Assembly (NCBI GenBank): GCA_963662655.2
Contig: CAXXTU010000002.1
Coordinates: forward strand, 704,001-768,000
Direction of reading: 5' to 3'
DNA length: 64,000 nucleotides
Origin: Candidatus Cloacimonadales bacterium
GTDB lineage: Bacteria > Cloacimonadota > Cloacimonadia > Cloacimonadales > JAIOQZ01
Part shown: positions 49,570-58,876 of the stretch, piece by piece
How positions within the stretch are numbered: the first letter of the stretch is position 1
How the letters are laid out: each line of letters starts with the position of its first letter
Program-made: the position numbers and the translations under genes
Notes under the pieces: model-generated
Seen by the model: only the letters and a program-made list of their open reading frames with translations
Database searches by the model: none
Told to the model about the DNA's origin: nothing

Positions 49570-50214
49570 ATGATGAGAAAGAATTTTATGCTGCTATCGA
49601 TCCTTGGCATGATTGTAATGATTACTGGATGTTCACTTGGTAATCAACAGGTAACACTTGCAACACCACCGTCTGCAGAAAAAAGTGACAGGAATTGGAA
49701 ATCTGTATTCTTGAAAGTGGTAACTGATGATCGTGTTTTTGAGGTAAAACCCACAGATCCTTCTATTCCTTCCGCTAATTTCGAAGGTACGGAAGAAGAA
49801 TTGCAAGCGTTTGAAGCGAAAGCGTTTGCGCGCGTTAGACATCCCATGGGCAAAGCGCTCAACAATGTTCTCCTAGAAGAAGGATACAGCGTGTCGGCTG
49901 TGATGAGAGAAACCATCAAGTCTGCGTTTCGCGATATGGGTTACGAAATAATCGAAGATGAAAGCGGGATTAAACCAGACACACAGATCATCGAAACTTC
50001 TATCGAGCAGTTTTGGTGTTGGGTGGAAGGGAACGGACTTTACATGAGAATCGTAACAGCTATGGAAATCTCTCCTGGTGACCATCAAGTTTTTGAAATC
50101 GAGATCGAACATCACCGAAATTCGATGTCAGCTTCAACTGGTAAGTTCAAGCGCATGGCGGAAGAGAGTCTGGTTAAATACTCCGATAAGCTAAAGCGTA
50201 GATACAAATTATAG
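49570..50214 (+). CDS. Hypothetical lipoprotein (possibly YajG-like)
   Basis: Lipobox ITGC; VTDDRVFE..P..PS, IEQFWCW. Confidence 0.7.
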   Translation: MMRKNFMLLSILGMIVMITGCSLGNQQVTLATPPSAEKSDRNWKSVFLKVVTDDRVFEVKPTDPSIPSANFEGTEEELQAFEAKAFARVRHPMGKALNNVLLEEGYSVSAVMRETIKSAFRDMGYEIIEDESGIKPDTQIIETSIEQFWCWVEGNGLYMRIVTAMEISPGDHQVFEIEIEHHRNSMSASTGKFKRMAEESLVKYSDKLKRRYKL

Positions 50215-50222
50215 TGACACCG

Positions 50223-50251
50223 AAGGCAGCTCGAAACCGGGCTGCCTTTTT
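50223..50251 (+). terminator. Intrinsic terminator, near-copy of the nifJ terminator
   Basis: AAGGCAGCTCG-AAAC-CGGGCTGCCTT plus T run. Confidence 0.85.
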
Positions 50252-50401
50252 CTTTTCCGTCATTGGCCAAGCATCAAATTTATCGCCGTCCACCGCGCCG
50301 CGCCCCCGCTTGGGTGGGCGGGATATCCAATGGAGGTTGTTCCGGAAAAGAAAAGCCCCGCTTTCGCGGGGTAATGAGAGTAATCGGGGAGGTTGGAGAA
50401 G

Positions 50402-51295
50402 TTATGAATCCTGTAGTTTTTCTTTCAGCTCTCTGATCTCCTCTTTCATCTTTCTGATTTCTTCCCGCAGGTCTTTTTCTTCGAAGTCGATGGAGTCCGG
50501 TATGGTTTCGTCGATCCACTCCTGAAGAGGAGAGAGATCGATCAATTTGACGTTTTCGGAGTCCGGACCGTACATCAGGACGTTGTTTGCGGAGTCGTAC
50601 CCAAAGTAATACCCGAAATCGATAGTCTGAGGTATAACGCCCACAACGACTTCCAGCTTCTTGCCGCTTCTGCTGAGTTCGAGCCGGATAGCGTCGCCTT
50701 TTGTTTTACGACGCAGGATATTGCGGAGGTCTTTACCCGAGTGAATCTTCTTTCCGTCTGCGGCAACGATCACGTCACCGGCCTTGACTCCGGCGCGGTC
50801 GGCGGTTCCGTTGACATCAACCTCCGTAACGAGGAGTCCGTTTTTGACGTTGAAGTACCCATGAAGCTGAGGCGTGAGTTCCTGTACTTTCATCTCGAGC
50901 CACTTGCTCCAGTTGAGGAAGAATTCCGGATTGTAGGAAATCACCTCGCTACGGTTGCCCAGCTTGACCGTAAGGTTCTTCTTCGTTTCGTCGATAAGCA
51001 CCGCCATTTTGACTTTGTCGCCTGGCTTGTGCCGGTCGATAATCTCCTTCATCTGCTCTTCGGTCTTGATGGCCTTGCGATCGATTGAGAGCACGACCAT
51101 GCCTTCCGCAAGACCGGCGTTCTCAGCGGGAGAATCCGGAACAACGCTGACCACCCGAACACCGTTACCGATTCCGAGGTCTTTCAACTGGTCGGCTGAA
51201 AGATTCTCCAGGTAGACACCGATGTAAGGTTTGTCGGCAGCGCTGAGCGCTATGAAGATCAGGATTAATGCCAGTACGAATGCTGTTTGCTTCAT
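50402..51295 (-). CDS. Secreted tandem-PDZ protein with C-terminal coiled coil
   Basis: Signal peptide; YIGV..SPAENAGL; TADRAGVKAGDVI. Confidence 0.85.
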   Translation of the reverse strand: MKQTAFVLALILIFIALSAADKPYIGVYLENLSADQLKDLGIGNGVRVVSVVPDSPAENAGLAEGMVVLSIDRKAIKTEEQMKEIIDRHKPGDKVKMAVLIDETKKNLTVKLGNRSEVISYNPEFFLNWSKWLEMKVQELTPQLHGYFNVKNGLLVTEVDVNGTADRAGVKAGDVIVAADGKKIHSGKDLRNILRRKTKGDAIRLELSRSGKKLEVVVGVIPQTIDFGYYFGYDSANNVLMYGPDSENVKLIDLSPLQEWIDETIPDSIDFEEKDLREEIRKMKEEIRELKEKLQDS

Positions 51296-51307
51296 TCAAT
51301 CCCCGAG

Positions 51308-51799
51308 TTAATACATTTTCGGAAGCTTCTTCACTTCGCTGATGTAATAGACGTTACCTTTCTTCTCGTCCGTTCCGCGACGAATGATGTAAGACTTCCC
51401 TTCAACAAGGTGGGGGAAACCTGCTACTTCGCCTTGCACGCTGTCGTTGACCACGGACACGTTGCCGATACGCTGGTTCGCCAGGTATATATCCTCCTCG
51501 GTAAGGAAAGGCTCCGGTGCGTCAACCATCACCTCGCCCGGCTCGATCTGCGCGACCTCTTCCACGACTTCCTTCTCACCCGCAAAGGCATAGTGAAGGT
51601 TGTGAGCGAAGTCCGGACGCATAACAAAGCCCATGACCAGCAGGAACATCATCGCCGCCGCCGCAGTGGCGAACGCCGGATACCAGGAACGCTTGCGCTC
51701 GAAAAATTCCTTCCTAAGCTCGTACTTGAGCCGAACGGAGAACGGTCCGGGCGGCGTTTCGGGAACGCGTACATTTTCAAGATACTTTTTGATAGACAT
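51308..51799 (-). CDS. Putative membrane anti-sigma factor
   Basis: Single TM; overlaps the end of the ECF sigma gene. Confidence 0.6.
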   Translation of the reverse strand: MSIKKYLENVRVPETPPGPFSVRLKYELRKEFFERKRSWYPAFATAAAAMMFLLVMGFVMRPDFAHNLHYAFAGEKEVVEEVAQIEPGEVMVDAPEPFLTEEDIYLANQRIGNVSVVNDSVQGEVAGFPHLVEGKSYIIRRGTDEKKGNVYYISEVKKLPKMY

Positions 51800-52322
51800 C
51801 TTCCAATACCTCCTCCGGTATTAGTTTTTCCAATTTTCGTAAAGCTCGGTGAAGATTCACTCTGAGCGTATTTTCTTTCTTACCGACAATCTCGGATATT
51901 TCCGAGAAGCTCTTCTTCTCGAAGAATCTGAAGTAAATCAGATCCTGGTCGCTTTGAGGAAGCCCTTTAATATACTGATGAACAAATTCGTAGGAGAAAT
52001 ATTCCTCTTCTTCCTGCGGGATGTCGCTTTCGTCGAAGACCTGCTGCTCGATCTTACGCTGTCGCTTCTCCTTGCGGAAGTAATTGCTGATCTCGCTGAT
52101 CGCGATTCGATACAGCCAGGCCGAGAACGGTATCGATCGCCAGCGGAACATGTGCAGCTTGCTCATCGCCTTGTAAAACACGTTGGAGACGATTTCCTCG
52201 GCTATGTCCCTGTTGTTCACGCGGACGATCACAAAACGGAAGATCGCCGGGAAATGCTCCTCATATAGCTTGTCAAAGTACCTAATATCCTTCTTCGCTT
52301 GCAGGATTAGATCTTTATCCAT
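51777..52322 (-). CDS. ECF RNA polymerase sigma factor
   Basis: FSAWLYRIA; SFSEISEIVGKKENTLRVNLHRAL. Confidence 0.92.
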   Translation of the reverse strand: MDKDLILQAKKDIRYFDKLYEEHFPAIFRFVIVRVNNRDIAEEIVSNVFYKAMSKLHMFRWRSIPFSAWLYRIAISEISNYFRKEKRQRKIEQQVFDESDIPQEEEEYFSYEFVHQYIKGLPQSDQDLIYFRFFEKKSFSEISEIVGKKENTLRVNLHRALRKLEKLIPEEVLEDVYQKVS

Positions 52323-52494
52323 TTTTGTCACCTCTCAATTCATATAACGCGACACCTTTACGCGAGTTTCACAAAATCATCTTTTTTCTTGGCGTCATTT
52401 ATATCAACCCATTTTTTCAACCGGTTAGGAAATACTGGACACACACCGCGCAGTCGAATTTCCTGACCCCCGCAAGCAAACAATTGGAGGGACA

Positions 52495-53031
52495 ATGAAA
52501 CGGGTGGTCGTTGTGGGAACGAGTTGCTCAGGGAAAACCACGTTTGCCGGCAAGCTTGCGAACCGATTGGGGATCAAGCACGTGGAGCTGGACGAAATCT
52601 ACTGGATGAAAGACTGGCAGGGGCGTCCCGTAGATGAATTCAGGCGCATGGTGCTGCAAGAAGCGGAGCGGGATTCGTGGGTGATCGAGGGGAACTACCG
52701 CAAGGTGCGTGACATTCTCTGGAACCGTGCCGATACGCTCGTCTGGCTCAACTATCCTTTCAGCCTCGTATTCTACCGCGCGATCACGAGAACGCTGCGC
52801 CGGGTGTTCCGCAAGGAAGTGATATGCGGAGGCAACACGGAATCCTTCTATCTTGCGTTCCTGAGCCCTGAATCCATTCCGCGCTGGGTGCTGAAAACCT
52901 ACTGGAAGCGCAAGAAGGAATATTCCCAGCTCATGAAGTCGAACGAGTTCCCGAATATGAAGAGGATTGAGTTGCAAAGCAAAAAATCAGCAAGCAAGCT
53001 ATTGGAAAATCTTGACGTCAATTCGTATTAA
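52495..53031 (+). CDS. P-loop kinase (adenylate kinase/FlaR-like)
   Basis: GTSCSGKTT, ELDEIYW, WVIEGNY. Confidence 0.85.
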   Translation: MKRVVVVGTSCSGKTTFAGKLANRLGIKHVELDEIYWMKDWQGRPVDEFRRMVLQEAERDSWVIEGNYRKVRDILWNRADTLVWLNYPFSLVFYRAITRTLRRVFRKEVICGGNTESFYLAFLSPESIPRWVLKTYWKRKKEYSQLMKSNEFPNMKRIELQSKKSASKLLENLDVNSY

Positions 53032-53061
53032 GTCACTCCTATGATTAAGGAGATGAAATCA

Positions 53062-53841
53062 ATGCCAGAAGTTTCCATCATCGATCTCACGCCCGAAAAC
53101 ATCGCCGAGTACGGCGTTTGCGGGTATAAAGATGTACGCAAGCACAAGGAGCTGCGCAACAAAATCGCGTGGTTCGAGTGCTATTACCCGCTTGGTTTGC
53201 GAATCAAAGCGCTTGTCGCCGAGCCCGGAGGGTACCAGGGGATGATCGAGTACATCCCTGGAGAACACGCCCACCGCCCGGTTGACGCGGAAGGATATCT
53301 GTTTATCCACTGCCTGTTTGTGGGATTTCGCAAGGAGTTCAAGGGGCAGGGGTTCGCATCGAAGATGATCGGGCTGGTGCTGGACGAAGCGCGCGCAGAG
53401 GATAAACTGGGCGTCGCCACCGTAACCCGCAATGGCTCTTTCATGGCGAACGCGGACATTTTCCTCAAGCTTGGATTTGAGCCGGTGGATTCTGCGGAGC
53501 CCGACTTCCAGTTGCTGTGCAAATCCTTTGTGGAAGACGCTAAAAAGCCCCAATTCAAACCTGAAATGGATATTCATCTCCAGAAATACGAGAAGGGACT
53601 CTTCATCCTGCGGTCTCCGCAGTGCCCATACACTGAGAAAAACGTCATGGAGATCATCGACGTGGCGAAAAGCAGTTTTCAGCTCGATCCCAAGCTGATC
53701 GACCTGGCAGATGCCGGTGCAGCTCAAGGCTCCCCGTGCCCGTTCGGCACATTCTGTATCATTCACGATGGGACAATCGTCTCGCATCATCCCATAAGCC
53801 GGAAGCGATTCGAGAACATCATGGGGAAGAAGCTCCGGTAG
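53062..53841 (+). CDS. GNAT N-acetyltransferase with C-terminal YoaP domain
   Basis: IEYIPGEHA, FKGQGFA, SPQCPY, AQGSPCPFGTF. Confidence 0.85.
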   Translation: MPEVSIIDLTPENIAEYGVCGYKDVRKHKELRNKIAWFECYYPLGLRIKALVAEPGGYQGMIEYIPGEHAHRPVDAEGYLFIHCLFVGFRKEFKGQGFASKMIGLVLDEARAEDKLGVATVTRNGSFMANADIFLKLGFEPVDSAEPDFQLLCKSFVEDAKKPQFKPEMDIHLQKYEKGLFILRSPQCPYTEKNVMEIIDVAKSSFQLDPKLIDLADAGAAQGSPCPFGTFCIIHDGTIVSHHPISRKRFENIMGKKLR

Positions 53842-53855
53842 TGGATCGAGTCATT

Positions 53856-54425
53856 ATGAAAGGCGACCGGCTAATCCTCCGCGATTTTGTACGCGGCGAT
53901 CTCGACGACTATCGCCGGTGGTTCACGGAAGAGCTGGAGTGGACTCGCTGGGATGCACCGTGGGAGAGAATCGACGGAGAGTTCGCTGAGAAGTATCTCG
54001 CAAGGCTTTCCCGCTCTATTGAAAGGGAGCAGCCCGTTTCACGCAAACGCTTCGAGATCGTCCATGAGGATACGCACATCGGTTGGGTATCGGCTTATTA
54101 CATGGACGAGGAGCGAACGCAGCTTGCCGTTGGAATCAACATCCCCGAGAAGGATTGTTGGGGCAAGAAGCTGGGCAAAGAAGCGCTCGAGTTGTTCATC
54201 CAATACCTGTCGGAACATGGATTCTCGACTACATACTGCCAAACGTGGTCGGGAAACGTGCGGATGGTGCGACTCGCGAATTCACTGGGTTTTGTAACAA
54301 TCGACGACAGTAGGGCGGTGGAAGTCGATGGAAAACAGTATAAACGACTCACATTCAGACGGATAAACACAGAAGGATTTTCGTATGGATTTACACATCA
54401 GGAAAGAAACAGTAGAAGATATTGA
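53856..54425 (+). CDS. GNAT N-acetyltransferase (RimJ/RimL-like)
   Basis: RLILRDF, WDAPW, WGKKLGKEAL, TWSGNVRMVRLA. Confidence 0.85.
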   Translation: MKGDRLILRDFVRGDLDDYRRWFTEELEWTRWDAPWERIDGEFAEKYLARLSRSIEREQPVSRKRFEIVHEDTHIGWVSAYYMDEERTQLAVGINIPEKDCWGKKLGKEALELFIQYLSEHGFSTTYCQTWSGNVRMVRLANSLGFVTIDDSRAVEVDGKQYKRLTFRRINTEGFSYGFTHQERNSRRY

Positions 54426-54891
54426 GGCAATCGAACAGGTAACCATCGCGGCGTTTACGGATCATCCGGTTAGCCGTCTGACGGAGCATTTCATCATCCG
54501 GGCGCTGCGCAAGGCCGATTCGCTTACGCTCTCGCTGGTCGCGGAGCTCGACGCTAAAATCGTGGGGCATATCGCCTATTCGCCGGTTGTGCTTTCGGAC
54601 GGGACCTCGAACTGGTTCGGCGTCGGGCCGTTATCCGTGCTTCCGGAACTGCAACGGCGGGGGATAGGCAAAGCGCTGATGAAGGCGTCGTTGATCATGA
54701 TGAAGGACATGGGGGCTCGCGGCGTTGCGCTGGTGGGCGATCCAAATTACTACAAGCGTTACGGATTTGCCAACTATCCTCAGGTAACGCTTGAAGGCGT
54801 TCCGCCGGAGGTCTTCATGCTGCTGCCCTTCGGAGAAAGCGTCCCCGAGGGAACCATTCGGTTCCACGAGGCGTTCATGGCCGAGGAATGA
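54385..54891 (+). CDS. GNAT N-acetyltransferase (YhbS-like)
   Basis: IVGHIAYSP, GPLSVLPELQRRGIG, VGDPNYYKRYGF. Confidence 0.9.
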   Translation: MDLHIRKETVEDIEAIEQVTIAAFTDHPVSRLTEHFIIRALRKADSLTLSLVAELDAKIVGHIAYSPVVLSDGTSNWFGVGPLSVLPELQRRGIGKALMKASLIMMKDMGARGVALVGDPNYYKRYGFANYPQVTLEGVPPEVFMLLPFGESVPEGTIRFHEAFMAEE

Positions 54892-55477
54892 AGTGAAACA
54901 TCCCAGGCCGACCCTCTACATCTTCTCGGGATTGCCGGCAACCGGTAAATCGACGCTCGCCCGGATGCTCGCCGGTCATCTGAAAGCGGCCTGGCTTCGT
55001 ATCGACACGATAGAGCAGGCGTTGCGGGATTTATGCAATTTCCAGGTTCAGGGGGAAGGATATCGGCTCTCGTACCGAGTTGCCCGGGACAATCTCACCG
55101 CGGGGAATGACGTGATTGCCGACTCCTGCAATCCCATCCAGCTTACGCGGGATGAGTGGAACGGCATAGCAATCGAAGCCGGCGCAAGCTATGTCAACAT
55201 TGAAGTCGTGTGTTCGGACAAGGATGAACATCGCCATAGAACTGAATCTCGGGTGTCGGAGGTCGACAACTTGCGCTTACCGACCTGGGAGCAGGTTGTG
55301 AATCGGGAATATCATCCCGGGGGCGATGCGGACCGGATCGTCATCGATACGGCGAATCGCGCGGCGGAAGAGTCATTTCAGGAACTGCTTGCGGCCCTAG
55401 GTCAAAATAATTCTCGAGTGACTATCCGGTTCCACGAGGCGTTCATGGCCGAGGAATGAAGTGAAACATCCCAGGCC
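54859..55477 (+). repeat. 51-bp identical direct repeats marking a 568-bp tandem duplication
   Basis: 54859-54909 is identical to 55427-55477. Confidence 0.9.
54893..55459 (+). CDS. P-loop kinase (AAA_33-like), copy 1
   Basis: SGLPATGKST, VIADSCNP; GTG start after GAGG. Confidence 0.85.
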   Translation: MKHPRPTLYIFSGLPATGKSTLARMLAGHLKAAWLRIDTIEQALRDLCNFQVQGEGYRLSYRVARDNLTAGNDVIADSCNPIQLTRDEWNGIAIEAGASYVNIEVVCSDKDEHRHRTESRVSEVDNLRLPTWEQVVNREYHPGGDADRIVIDTANRAAEESFQELLAALGQNNSRVTIRFHEAFMAEE

Positions 55478-55991
55478 AACGCTCTACATCTTCTCGGGTT
55501 TGCCGGCAGTTGGTAAGACCACTCTTTCCAGGCTCCTTGCCAGCCATTTAAAAGCGGTTTTATTGCGTGTGGATACGATAAAGCATGCAATGAGAGAACA
55601 AAATCTTAATCCACTCAGCCGCGAGGAATATATTTTATCTTCTCGAATAGCCAGAGAAAACCTTGCAATTGGAAATGATGTTATCGCTGATTGCTGCAAC
55701 CCCAATTGGACAACTCGCGAAGCATGGATTAGCGCCGCCTCTTTGAGCAATTCTTGTTATGTAATCATTGAAATTGTGTGTTCTGATAATGACGTTCGAA
55801 GGCATCGCTATGAAACAAGAAATTTTGAGATAGAGAACTTCCCGATTCCAGGCTGGAGAAAGGCAAGGGACTATCCTTTTGTCGACTGGGGTCAAACGGA
55901 CCGGATTGTCATCGATACGGCGAATCACACGGCGGAGGAGTCTTTCGAAACACTGCTTTCCGAGTTATGCGGACGCAGTCATAAGTGTTGA
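55461..55991 (+). CDS. P-loop kinase (AAA_33-like), copy 2
   Basis: SGLPAVGKTT, VIADCCNP; paralog of copy 1. Confidence 0.85.
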   Translation: MKHPRPTLYIFSGLPAVGKTTLSRLLASHLKAVLLRVDTIKHAMREQNLNPLSREEYILSSRIARENLAIGNDVIADCCNPNWTTREAWISAASLSNSCYVIIEIVCSDNDVRRHRYETRNFEIENFPIPGWRKARDYPFVDWGQTDRIVIDTANHTAEESFETLLSELCGRSHKC

Positions 55992-55996
55992 GCAGA

Positions 55997-56884
55997 TTAT
56001 AAATTATCCTCAATATGCTCTATGACGGCGCTATGAACCACACTAGCATTGTCTGTTAGCTCTTCCCTCGCAAATTCCCAGTCCTCGATCTCGCAGCTCT
56101 TGATCTGCCGTTGGATGGCGATTACTTCGTTCCTGTATTGGGTGAGGGTGTGGACGAGTTCCGGATTTGTTCCGCTGACTTGAATCGCGGTGCAAAGGTC
56201 GAGCGCGATAGGCTTCACGATGTCGATGATGAAGCGAAAGAATGATTCGTAATCGGGCGTTTCCATGCCGGCCAATCGCTTCTCAACAGCCTCGCGGTAA
56301 ACGTTCATGGCGTCGATGCTACGTTGCAGAGCGGTTCGCAAATCGGGCGGATTCTTCGAGGTTTTCGCAAGGTACCCGATGACATGACGAGAATTTGCCG
56401 CCTCCCTGAACCGGCTGCGAGAGAACCTGCCGGTAACCTGCTCTCTGACATCCTCGTAGCGGTGCTCGCGGGTGCGATCCAGCCCGGCGTCAGGATCCAG
56501 GAATAGGTAGTCTTCACCGTCTTTCTCGTAGAAGACGACTGCGTGCGATCCGCTTTGGTTCGGGCGGAGAATCCCCGTCATGAATGGGGTGCCGCTTTGC
56601 AGCAGATCATCCGCGTTCCCGATGAAAGATGGCCAGTCAGAGTGCCTGTTCTCAACCAGTTCGAGGCCGTAGGCGGTCAGCATGGTATCGAAGGTTTCCT
56701 TGTCCTGAACGAGCGCTCCCGCGCTGAACGAGCCGTCCTCATTCAGCCGCACCAGGTACGGCATCCCGGATTCAACGATCACATCCGCATCTTGCTTGTC
56801 GATGTTGTACCGACTCAGCAGCATCGCCATGCACGCGGAGGCACAGGAGTTGTTGTAGTGCTGCAATTTCCAGAAAACGGTCAC
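55997..56884 (-). CDS. C39-like cysteine peptidase domain protein
   Basis: LQHYNNSCASACMAMLL (Q..C), SHAVV, FLDPD. Confidence 0.7.
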   Translation of the reverse strand: MTVFWKLQHYNNSCASACMAMLLSRYNIDKQDADVIVESGMPYLVRLNEDGSFSAGALVQDKETFDTMLTAYGLELVENRHSDWPSFIGNADDLLQSGTPFMTGILRPNQSGSHAVVFYEKDGEDYLFLDPDAGLDRTREHRYEDVREQVTGRFSRSRFREAANSRHVIGYLAKTSKNPPDLRTALQRSIDAMNVYREAVEKRLAGMETPDYESFFRFIIDIVKPIALDLCTAIQVSGTNPELVHTLTQYRNEVIAIQRQIKSCEIEDWEFAREELTDNASVVHSAVIEHIEDNL

Positions 56885-56887
56885 GGG

Positions 56888-58135
56888 CTACATCTCCACA
56901 ATACGGCTGTTTCTTCTTGCATTCTCTGCCGCAAAGACTGCCAGATGAGTTTCGAGGCTCTCTCGCGCTCCCGTGATGACAAGAGAAGGGTCATCGGCAA
57001 GCAGAGCATTCACGAAATTCTCCATCAGCCCAAAATCGCCACCGCCGTGCTGCTTCATGATTCCTCCGGCACTATGTGTATCGATGGTTTCGTCTTCGTT
57101 TGTCATGAAATCATGAATCTTGATGAATCTCCCGTCGCCTTCGATTTCTCCGCGCGTTCCGAAAATTCGCGTGCGCCTTCCACCGGATTTCGTAAAAGCC
57201 GTCATCGTGAAACTGGCGGTACATCCGTTGTCAAACTCCATATTGACAACCTGATGATCGACCACATCATTTTCGCAATCATATACGCATCTGCCGTAAG
57301 GTCCGGTCTGCAATTCATGTATAACCTTCTCTCGCGTGGGATTTGGGGTAAGTACCGAAACCGGCCATCCGATAACGCCTCTATCAAAGAATCCCAGATA
57401 GATTTTCTTTGCCGAGTATGGACAGTTCCGCTCGATCTTCTCTGGGCATTCCAGACAGCGGGAAGCTGCTCCATCCGGTTGATTCTCTTTGCGGAAGTGT
57501 TTAAGGTTTCCGAAGGAAGACAGTTTCGTGAAGGGGTGCCCAATAATGTATCTGATCCAATCCAGATCGTGACATGATTTTGCCAGCAGCATGGAATTCG
57601 AATTTGCTTCGTTGTTCCAGTTGCCACGCACATAGGAATGTGCCTGATGCCAGTAGCCCACCGGCTCCAGACGCTGCAAGCTGACGATTTCGCCGATTCT
57701 GCCGGCATCGATAAGCTGCTTCAGTTTCTGGGTGTAACTCGTGTACCGAAGAACATGGCAGACGGCAAAGGTGATTTTGTTTCTCTCAACCGCATAGACG
57801 ATTTTTTTGCACTCGTCCGGTGTGGGAGCCATGGGTTTTTCCAGCATGATATGATAGCCGAGTTCGGCGAATTTGATCGCAGGTTCGGTGTGCATCTGGT
57901 CTTGCGTGGCGATGATTACCGCATCGGCGAAACGCTCCTTTTCCGCTGCCTGTCGCCAGTCCGTGAATACATGTTCAGCCGGGACATCGTGCTTCGTTAC
58001 CATCGATTGTCGGTGCTCCCGGCGCGGTTCCGCCACGCCGCCGATCTTCATTTTTTCCGGGAAATGCTCGGCATAGGTGGCGTAGGTGCTGCCTCGGTCG
58101 CCGACGCCAATAATGAGAAATGTTGCAGGCTTCAT
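56888..58135 (-). CDS. Gfo/Idh/MocA family oxidoreductase
   Basis: IGVGDRG, LEKPMA, HSYVRGNW, AKSCHDLD, HGGGDF. Confidence 0.92.
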   Translation of the reverse strand: MKPATFLIIGVGDRGSTYATYAEHFPEKMKIGGVAEPRREHRQSMVTKHDVPAEHVFTDWRQAAEKERFADAVIIATQDQMHTEPAIKFAELGYHIMLEKPMAPTPDECKKIVYAVERNKITFAVCHVLRYTSYTQKLKQLIDAGRIGEIVSLQRLEPVGYWHQAHSYVRGNWNNEANSNSMLLAKSCHDLDWIRYIIGHPFTKLSSFGNLKHFRKENQPDGAASRCLECPEKIERNCPYSAKKIYLGFFDRGVIGWPVSVLTPNPTREKVIHELQTGPYGRCVYDCENDVVDHQVVNMEFDNGCTASFTMTAFTKSGGRRTRIFGTRGEIEGDGRFIKIHDFMTNEDETIDTHSAGGIMKQHGGGDFGLMENFVNALLADDPSLVITGARESLETHLAVFAAENARRNSRIVEM

Positions 58136-58383
58136 GGTGCTCCTTTATTCTCACTTCATAATTCATTGAGGATTAATAGTGGCTCCGCAGATGACAGAAA
58201 TGGGTATGTTGATTCTATCTTCATTGGTCTTAATTGTCAGTTGATTTCACTTTTATACCATCGATGAGAGTTTTATCTCTATATATTTCTGTTTCAGGGA
58301 ATCGAAAGGGGAGATGACAGTATCAGAAGCCATAATGAGTCCCATTGTTACTGTTCATTGTTTCAGATTGGGATCGTCTTCGA

Positions 58384-58740
<357 letters not shown>

Positions 58741-58876
58741 ATTCAAAGATCATAATGATAATGTAATGCGTCATTTTACGTGTACAAGGAAAATGTCAAG
58801 GGATAATTCGCGCTTTGTTCTCAACAACCTTGACATTCACGCGGAGATGTGCAGCCTTGTATGAAAGATTTTCAAC

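Noticed and set aside
50255..50375. GC-rich tract as a fourth four-way-junction element
   Set aside because: No long closing P1 stem and no GTGYGC-GNA-GCRCAC hairpin; only terminator-like stems
54893..55991. DGR template/variable repeat pair
   Set aside because: Differences are not adenine-specific, both copies are intact ORFs, and there is no reverse transcriptase
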